In this document: in pieces, positions 1 through 6,536 of the stretch
Numbering within the stretch: position 1 is the first letter of the stretch
How the letters are laid out: the number at the start of each line of letters is the position of its first letter
Source: a virus
Length of the DNA stretch: 64,000 nucleotides
Direction: 5' to 3' (one strand)
IMG/VR virus record: IMGVR_UViG_3300014835_000052
The notes under the pieces: model-generated
Seen by the model: the letters and a program-made list of their open reading frames with translations, nothing else
Told to the model about the DNA's origin: nothing
Databases searched by the model: none
Translations under genes and position numbers: made by a program

Positions 1-244
1 CAGTAACTATTTCATTTTGGATAAAGTTTGGTGCTGATGGGGTAGTAATATTTAGAATAGACGCAGTTATTAATTGTTTCATATGTATCTGTTCGTCGCC
101 TTCAGAGTGATAAAGTCTCCAATATTCTAAAGCATCGTCAATCCTATCTTCTATCTGATCATCTTCTACATTTATTTGTAAAATCGGACTTCCAAGTGCC
201 CGCATACAATAATCTATTAATCCTTGTCTACTATTTACTGCCAT
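1..244 (-). CDS. gp13: neck protein, T4 gp13-like (5' part, runs off window)
   Basis: Manual translation from ATG 244: MAVNSRQGLIDYCMRALGSPILQINVEDDQIEDRIDDALEYWRLYH, typical gp13 N-terminus. Confidence 0.85.
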   Translation of the reverse strand, partial: MAVNSRQGLIDYCMRALGSPILQINVEDDQIEDRIDDALEYWRLYHSEGDEQIHMKQLITASILNITTPSAPNFIQNEIVT

Positions 245-554
245 TTAATATTCCTCGTTTATGTTTTCCATCAGTTGAATATATTCTTCTTTATATTTTA
301 ATCCAGATTGATAAATTTATTCTTCTTTATTAATTTTTCCTAATTTATCAACAGCATAAAATTTATTTAGGGCTTGGTGTTTTCTAGTAAGTAATCATTC
401 ATATCTGGTTTAAATGTGGAGATTCATTTCCACTTGTAATATTTTTTATCATTTAAACACCCATTTGTATAAATTGATTTTTTTTATACAATAATCTATT
501 AACCAATATTTATTGTATTTTTAGGTTATTGTTATTATTTATAGAAAAAAGATG

Positions 555-658
555 TTGACTCCTGCCTCTAGATGAACGATAATTAGCCATACCTTGATAC
601 AGGGATGTTGGAAGAAAAGAAAAAAAGATGTTGACAACTTCTTAAATTACTGTAAAAT
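555..658 (+). promoter_or_regulatory. tandem sigma70-like early promoters
   Basis: TTGACT(555)-17-GATAAT(578) and TTGACA(631)-16-TAAAAT(653), each preceded by AAAAAAGATG. Confidence 0.8.
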
Positions 659-694
659 TAACCCATACTTTAAAAAAACAACAAGAGATAAAAA

Positions 695-1142
695 ATGTAC
701 AATTTAGAAATTAGTTTTGCAGGATTAGTAAAGAATAACAATGGGCTGTTCACATCTGTAAAACAGGCAGAGTTCTTACTATCAATGTGCGATAACAATG
801 TTTTTATCACCACTGGAAGATTTGGAAAATCATACTTTATCCTTTTTTTATCATTGTGATAAAGATGGTATTGTATCAGTGACTAAAGATACTGAAAAGA
901 AAAAAGATGTATTAACTTGGAAGCGTACCGCCGAAGGTGAATTGTCAATGGCTGACTTGGCTTACATTAAAAGGTTAAAATCGTCAATAAAAAAACATGA
1001 GAAAAGTATTCAAGAAAGAATTGAATCTAAATCTGATTATAAAGGAAAAGATATGATGGAATTATTTGAATCTTGCCAAGATAGTGATCTTATGAATATA
1101 TCAGATGCTCAACAGAAATTAATTGAACTGGGTGCTGCATAG
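695..1142 (+). pseudogene. early hypothetical gene with a +1 frameshift in a T7 run
   Basis: ATG 695 after the promoter reads MYNLEISFAGLVKNNNGLFTSVKQAEFLL; removing one T from 843-849 joins it to the 798..1142 ORF. Confidence 0.6.
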
Positions 1143-1149
1143 AAACCCA

Positions 1150-1181
1150 TAGCCAAGGATGGCTTAAACTATACCTTCTTT
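1150..1181 (+). repeat. 32-bp intergenic leader repeat with CC-AAGGAT-GG hairpin, copy 1
   Basis: 31/32 identical to 1667-1698. Confidence 0.85.
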
Positions 1182-1203
1182 CAAACAACTAGGAATTAAT
1201 ATC

Positions 1204-1659
1204 ATGACTGACTTAAAAAAATCAAATAAAATAAAATTAGGCACCTACAATAATGAAGTTATTTATTTAACCAAACACACTTGGGATTGTGATTGGTATT
1301 GGGGAATGGGTTACGTAGGCAACAGAAACTGTCATTTTCATATTGACAGCTTAATAACTGGTGAATGTGAAGTTGATAAAATTTTCAGTGAAACCTAGAT
1401 TACGCAAACCACATGGTGGGTTATTCGTGATTTATTCAAGCAAGCGTATTCGTTAAAGGTTGCGGCGGAAACTTATCGGTATGGTGCTCATCAAATATCA
1501 AAGCCTGGAATTACCGATATTCTAAAATGTCAATCTAAAGCTGATATTTTAAATGACGATTTAAAGATTTTACTAGATTCAATTTGGTTATATCTCAATA
1601 ATGAATTTGATGCTACATTAATTCAATCATTAGTTGACAGCTATGATGTAACTGCATAG
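1204..1659 (+). pseudogene. early hypothetical gene with an in-frame TAG
   Basis: Frame stays open for 86 codons after TAG 1396-1398 (ITQTTWWVIRDLFKQAYSLK...) to TAG 1657-1659. Confidence 0.6.
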
Positions 1660-1666
1660 GATAAAC

Positions 1667-1698
1667 TAGCCAAGGATGGATTAAACTATACCTTCTTT
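1667..1698 (+). repeat. 32-bp intergenic leader repeat with CC-AAGGAT-GG hairpin, copy 2
   Basis: 31/32 identical to 1150-1181. Confidence 0.85.
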
Positions 1699-1717
1699 AA
1701 ATCAAACGGGAATTAAA

Positions 1718-1837
1718 ATGAAATATAAATTAACTGATACAACTAAAATAATTTCTGGTATTGTATTATACCAAATTGAAGCACTTAGTACGTTTGGTGA
1801 TATAGTGATCGGTGACCGAGGTGGATGGTGTCTTTGA
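1718..1837 (+). pseudogene. truncated fragment of a common phage early protein
   Basis: MKYKLTDTTKIISGIVLYQIEALSTFGDIVIGDRGGW resembles the N-terminus of phage hexapeptide-repeat proteins but stops after 39 aa. Confidence 0.5.
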
Positions 1838-1872
1838 TGCAGTACAAAGTGCACTAGCTAAGTTAAAAAGGC

Positions 1873-1901
1873 TTGACACCTAGTTAAGGGTGACATATAA
1901 T
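1873..1901 (+). promoter_or_regulatory. perfect sigma70 consensus early promoter
   Basis: TTGACA(1873-1878)-17 bp-TATAAT(1896-1901), 33 bp upstream of ATG 1935. Confidence 0.9.
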
Positions 1902-1934
1902 TAACGCTTACCTTAACTCTTAAAGAGAAATATT

Positions 1935-2291
1935 ATGACTAACATTGAACAAATTCAACAACCTTATGACTGGGAAAATGCCCCAGTTATATGTGAGTTA
2001 AATGGATCTAAATGGATTCTTGGGCCAGAAGCCGATGAAGAAGAACTGGACTGGGATGCTGCAATTGAATGGTGTACATCCGTTGGTGGAGAACTACCAC
2101 CAAGAGAAGTGTTATTAATGTGCTATATGAATGAAGATATTAAAAAAGAATTTGCTGCGACCTGCTGCTGGTCTAGTACGGAGTTTACGGCTACCAGTGC
2201 TTGGTACCAGTTTTTCACCAATGGCAGCCAGAACTACGGCATTAAGGCTATTGCGACCTATGTTCGTGCGGTCAGGAGATTAGATATTTAA
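1935..2291 (+). CDS. stand-alone DUF1566/Lcl-like C-type lectin-fold protein; remote DGR target (target 2)
   Basis: WDAAIEWC...LP...WSSTE...AW...YVRAVRR motifs; the 3' end is a copy of the TR. Confidence 0.85.
   Translation: MTNIEQIQQPYDWENAPVICELNGSKWILGPEADEEELDWDAAIEWCTSVGGELPPREVLLMCYMNEDIKKEFAATCCWSSTEFTATSAWYQFFTNGSQNYGIKAIATYVRAVRRLDI
2152..2282 (+). repeat. DGR variable repeat VR2
   Basis: Ungapped 131-bp manual alignment to the TR: 21 mismatches, 18 at TR adenines. Confidence 0.9.
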
Positions 2292-2356
2292 AAATTAACT
2301 TGATCCGATGAGGACTTTATAACCAATATAAACAACTTGAAGATTAAGAATAGTCG

Positions 2357-2393
2357 AAAGGCTCTAGACTTCAATATCTAGAGCCTTTTTTTT
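2357..2393. terminator. intrinsic terminator between convergent genes
   Basis: AAAGGCTCTAGA-8 nt-TCTAGAGCCTTT followed by a T run. Confidence 0.8.
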
Positions 2394-2400
2394 AATACAG

Positions 2401-3162
2401 TTATTTCATTTCTAGAACAGAAACTCTTGTTAATAATTCTTTATTAGAAGCTAGTAAAAACCCAATAAGAGCCGAATATTCAACAGATTTAACACCTTCA
2501 TTATTAGTGTGAATCAATTCAGGCAAAATATCTTCTAGTTCTTGGGCAATAACGCCGTAAGATTTAGTTCCAGTTTTCTTCCATGTAAATTCTACTGGAT
2601 TGATTTTAGAAATAATTTCCTCACTATTAGAAATTGTTTTGATATTATTTTTTAAAGTCTTATCTGAAGTAGAGGAAAAATTAGTAGCAGATACTGTACC
2701 AGAACTAGGGTTATACTGTAGATTAGTTGAGGATGTAGATACCGCAGTAACATTTCCTGTTGTAGATCCACCAAAATATAAATATCTGGTTGCATTTGAT
2801 GTAGTATCATCAGATACTGTAATGATATTGGATTTTAAATTTAAAGTGGTTTGTGTGGCAGTACTGATGGGTTTTAATAAATCAGTAGTATTATCAACAT
2901 TACCTAATCCCACCATTACTTTATCAATACCAGAAACAGTTCCAGTGAAAGTTGGAGAAGTCAATGGTGCTTTCAGCGTTTCAGTAGCAATTGCTCTAGT
3001 AGTTTCAATGCCTATGGCAGTATCTACTTCCGATTTAGTGTAAGTTATTATTTGTGCTGCTGCTGCATCCGCAGTTGTTTTTAAATTTAATAGGTTGTTG
3101 TCCATGTCAGTGAAAGATAGACGACCGCCTTTAGATGCTCTTGTTACTATTGTTGTAGTCAT
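2401..3162 (-). CDS. short fibre protein with C-terminal intramolecular chaperone (peptidase S74) domain
   Basis: SDKTLKNNI...F.WK...YGVIAQELE motif; paralogous to 14145..14837. Confidence 0.75.
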   Translation of the reverse strand: MTTTIVTRASKGGRLSFTDMDNNLLNLKTTADAAAAQIITYTKSEVDTAIGIETTRAIATETLKAPLTSPTFTGTVSGIDKVMVGLGNVDNTTDLLKPISTATQTTLNLKSNIITVSDDTTSNATRYLYFGGSTTGNVTAVSTSSTNLQYNPSSGTVSATNFSSTSDKTLKNNIKTISNSEEIISKINPVEFTWKKTGTKSYGVIAQELEDILPELIHTNNEGVKSVEYSALIGFLLASNKELLTRVSVLEMK

Positions 3163-3218
3163 TTTTATGCTCCAAATAAGAGGTGGGTGGATAATTTTTA
3201 GTTATCCACCATGAAAAA

Positions 3219-6044
3219 TTAAACGTATAAAGACTCAGAAAATGCTGCAATGGCAGCAGCAATAGCATTATCTACTTCAGTTTTAGTATAAGTGGTCTCT
3301 TTAGTTGCTAATAATGATTCAGCAGTTATTGCTCTAGATATTTCAGATGCTAAATTTGTAGTTAAAACACTTTCACTACCTGATGCTCTAGAAGTTTCAA
3401 CAGCAATTGCCGCATTTCTTGAACTTATTTCAGTAGTAATAGCCGTAGATCTATTAGATATTTCAGAAGTTAAATTTGTAGTTAAAACATTTTCAGCAGT
3501 AGTTGCCCTAGAAGTTTCAACACCAATAGAAGAAGCGATATCTATATTAGTCATTGCATCTGTAATACCATACCCAATAAGTGTAGAGGGTTTTCCAATT
3601 ATCACTGAAAAATTAGGTGTGGCAGAAGATATAGCAGTATCTACTTGGGATTTTGTATAAGTTGTTAATTGATCAGATTTTAAGGAATTTTGTAGATCTA
3701 CATACGTTTTATCTGCTTTTAACAATAAAGAATTATTAACTTCAGAAGCATTTATTTTTAATGCTTCTGCCGCAGTTGCTCTAGTAATTTCATTAGAAAC
3801 TATAGTAGATAAAGCAGAAAGGTTTGATGCAGTTGCAGTAGCAGATAATGCAGAAGATACAAATACTTCAGTAGCAAGGGCGAATTCTTGTCCTGTTTGT
3901 CCCGCAATCCATTTACCCAATGTTTCATCAAATATTAATCGCACTCTAGCCAAATCACCACGATCAACTTCAATACCGGCATATCTTAATGATACTCCAG
4001 AACCTATCTCTCCTTTATTTACAGTGATGATATTATCTTGAACTGTGAGATTTGCTGTACTAATAGCAGTAGTAGTTCCAGATACTGTTAAATTTCCAGC
4101 AACAGTTAATGACCCAGAAACACTTTGATTGCCTTGAATATTGATAGATGGTGAAGTAATTACAACTTGAGTGCCAGAAGATATTCTAGCCAATGATCCA
4201 GAACCTATTGCTTGAAAAACTACATCCGCATTTGTACCATTTGTTTGTATAGTAGTGGATGTTTGTGAATCAAGAATTAATTGACCAGTTCCAGTAGTTG
4301 CAATTCTCATTCCTTGATTATTATCTGCAGTGATTTGAATCGTATTAGCAGAAGAACCAATAACAGGTACACCATCAATATAAAGTGTATTAGCATCTAA
4401 ATGTAATTCTTTGGTGTATATAGAATTAAATTTATCAGTTGGTGATCCAATATTAGAAATACCTGATATAGAAGGTAGAATATCACCAGCAATAGATAAT
4501 CCTTTCACATAAAAATCTTTAGTTAAAGAGCCTGATGTTGATAGTATTGATAATTCATAGTCTACATATGATTTATCTGCTTTCAATACTAAAGAATTGG
4601 CAACATCAATTGAGTTTGCTTTCAACAAGTCTTGACTATCAACATATGTTTTATCTGATTTAATATCTAGTATCGTTTGTACAGGAATTGATACTGGTTT
4701 AGAAATATCTGATGTATTATCTACATTGCCTAATCCTACCATTACCTTATCAATACCAGAAACAGTTCCAGTGAAAGTTGGTGATGCAATAGGAGATTTA
4801 GTATTTACAATTATTAAAGCGTTTGATATATCTGTTGAATGGATAACATCTAATTGGGTTTCAGCAGCAATAGCACGATTTGATTCATTGGTTACAGCAG
4901 CAATTCTGTTTGCAGTTTCTATACCAATTGCGGAAGTAGTAGCAGATATAGAAGATCCATCTGTAATACCATAGCCAGATAATGTACTTGGTTTATTCTT
5001 TAATTCCGGAAATTGTATATTTAGAATATCTCTACCATCAATATTAATTCTACTTCCAGTTCCAATTAATTGCCAATATAATGTATTTGATGTTGGGATA
5101 CTTTCATTTTCATATAATGCTTTATAGATATTGCCATTGTCATAAACGACATCATTTATCAAATAGCGAGTGCCATCAACAATAGTATGATTTATAGACC
5201 ACTGTGCTGCAGTGATAGCAATAACTGGAGTATCTATTAAATCACTATAAGATCCAGTTTTAGCAACAGTTCCTAGGGAGGAATCTAACATTGTTATAGA
5301 ATTTTCTAAAACGGATTCCGCCGTATTTGCTCTAGTAATTTCACTAGCAAGATCAGAAACAGCAGATGTAGATAATGCTGCAATAGAAGTAGATAATGAG
5401 CCTTCAGATGCTTGAAAAGCAGCAACCAATTCTGTTAAACTATTTAATGCTATTGGATCTGTATTACTAATGATATTATTAATTTTGGTATCTAATACTA
5501 AATCTGCAGAAGTTCTTGCAATACTTTCAGCAGTAACATTTGCCATAAAAGCAATATCATTATTATTGACAGAAAGAACTCCAGAATTATCTGTTAAACT
5601 AATATTGCCAATATTTAATTGTTGTGTGGCAGAAAGTGTGGTTGAATTAAGATACTGCAGAGAGAATAAAACTGCTGTACCAATCATAGCAGATGTAAAT
5701 AAAATTCTGCATGAATTAGAATCAATAATTTCTAAATTAGCAATTATAAGGTGGTGATTTTCATCATATACGAAGTATGCAAAGTCGTTGGAATTAAAAT
5801 TGTGGGTTATAACCCAAACGGTACTAGCAACCCCTTGTGTATGCAAATGAGATGCTTGTTTTACACCAATTGGCTGCCAAGAAAAAAATCCAGACCCATT
5901 GGCTATTTCTGTATATATGTATGGTACACCGTCTTTTACAACAATTGTTCTTGGGGATGGATTATCGGGGAAATCAGAAAAGTTTTTACTGAAACTTAAA
6001 GCCCCAGCTAATTCTAAATCACCCAAAACTTTAATATTTGACAT
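3219..6044 (-). CDS. long fibre-like virion protein with coiled-coil segments
   Basis: Repeated ETSRA(T/I)(T/A)AE motifs, beta-rich middle, position among fibre genes. Confidence 0.6.
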   Translation of the reverse strand: MSNIKVLGDLELAGALSFSKNFSDFPDNPSPRTIVVKDGVPYIYTEIANGSGFFSWQPIGVKQASHLHTQGVASTVWVITHNFNSNDFAYFVYDENHHLIIANLEIIDSNSCRILFTSAMIGTAVLFSLQYLNSTTLSATQQLNIGNISLTDNSGVLSVNNNDIAFMANVTAESIARTSADLVLDTKINNIISNTDPIALNSLTELVAAFQASEGSLSTSIAALSTSAVSDLASEITRANTAESVLENSITMLDSSLGTVAKTGSYSDLIDTPVIAITAAQWSINHTIVDGTRYLINDVVYDNGNIYKALYENESIPTSNTLYWQLIGTGSRINIDGRDILNIQFPELKNKPSTLSGYGITDGSSISATTSAIGIETANRIAAVTNESNRAIAAETQLDVIHSTDISNALIIVNTKSPIASPTFTGTVSGIDKVMVGLGNVDNTSDISKPVSIPVQTILDIKSDKTYVDSQDLLKANSIDVANSLVLKADKSYVDYELSILSTSGSLTKDFYVKGLSIAGDILPSISGISNIGSPTDKFNSIYTKELHLDANTLYIDGVPVIGSSANTIQITADNNQGMRIATTGTGQLILDSQTSTTIQTNGTNADVVFQAIGSGSLARISSGTQVVITSPSINIQGNQSVSGSLTVAGNLTVSGTTTAISTANLTVQDNIITVNKGEIGSGVSLRYAGIEVDRGDLARVRLIFDETLGKWIAGQTGQEFALATEVFVSSALSATATASNLSALSTIVSNEITRATAAEALKINASEVNNSLLLKADKTYVDLQNSLKSDQLTTYTKSQVDTAISSATPNFSVIIGKPSTLIGYGITDAMTNIDIASSIGVETSRATTAENVLTTNLTSEISNRSTAITTEISSRNAAIAVETSRASGSESVLTTNLASEISRAITAESLLATKETTYTKTEVDNAIAAAIAAFSESLYV

Positions 6045-6059
6045 GTATGTTTCCTTTAG

Positions 6060-6257
6060 TTATAGAATAGGTTTTGCTCCAACAAATATAACTTGTCCAT
6101 TCAAGGCTCTATATATTATCATAACGAGATGGTATTGATGGGTAATAAATTCAATCCTATCTTCGTCACTAATATCAAGTCTCTGTTTAAATTTTTCTAT
6201 ATTTGCTTGAATTTTTTCTAGCCACCCATATATTTGTAAATTATGATTTGTAGACAT
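6060..6257 (-). CDS. hypothetical protein
   Basis: ORF track; coupled to neighbours. Confidence 0.5.
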   Translation of the reverse strand: MSTNHNLQIYGWLEKIQANIEKFKQRLDISDEDRIEFITHQYHLVMIIYRALNGQVIFVGAKPIL

Positions 6258-6463
6258 TATTTACTCCTAGATAACGATTCTGCTTTTTCAAACAATTGTT
6301 TCATATAAATTATATCACTAGAATAATATGTTTTAACATTACTATCAAGGAAATCAGCATCCTTTGCATTTTCTTTTAATACATGTAAACATAATTCTAT
6401 TTGTTCTAGAGAATCATTGAAGGTGGTTAATGTGTCTAACCAAATATTAGGCATTAGTTTCAT
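6257..6463 (-). CDS. hypothetical protein
   Basis: ORF track; stop/start overlap with 6060..6257. Confidence 0.5.
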   Translation of the reverse strand: MKLMPNIWLDTLTTFNDSLEQIELCLHVLKENAKDADFLDSNVKTYYSSDIIYMKQLFEKAESLSRSK

Positions 6464-6486
6464 AATATATCATCTTAGTTGTGATT

Positions 6487-6515
6487 AAAAAAAAGAGGGC
6501 GATTACTCACCCTCT
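6487..6515 (-). terminator. intrinsic terminator
   Basis: AGAGGGTGA-GTAA-TCGCCCTCT followed by T run on the minus strand. Confidence 0.8.
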
Positions 6516-6536
6516 AAATTACATCAAATTACAATA

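Noticed and set aside
245-500. Homing endonuclease remnant upstream of gp13
   Set aside because: Only short Lys-rich fragments with no recognisable motif.
1396-1398. TAG stop-codon reassignment suggested by the in-frame TAG
   Set aside because: Core genes up to 1699 aa are intact in the standard code and several genes (including gp26) end in TAG; a single nonsense change is simpler.
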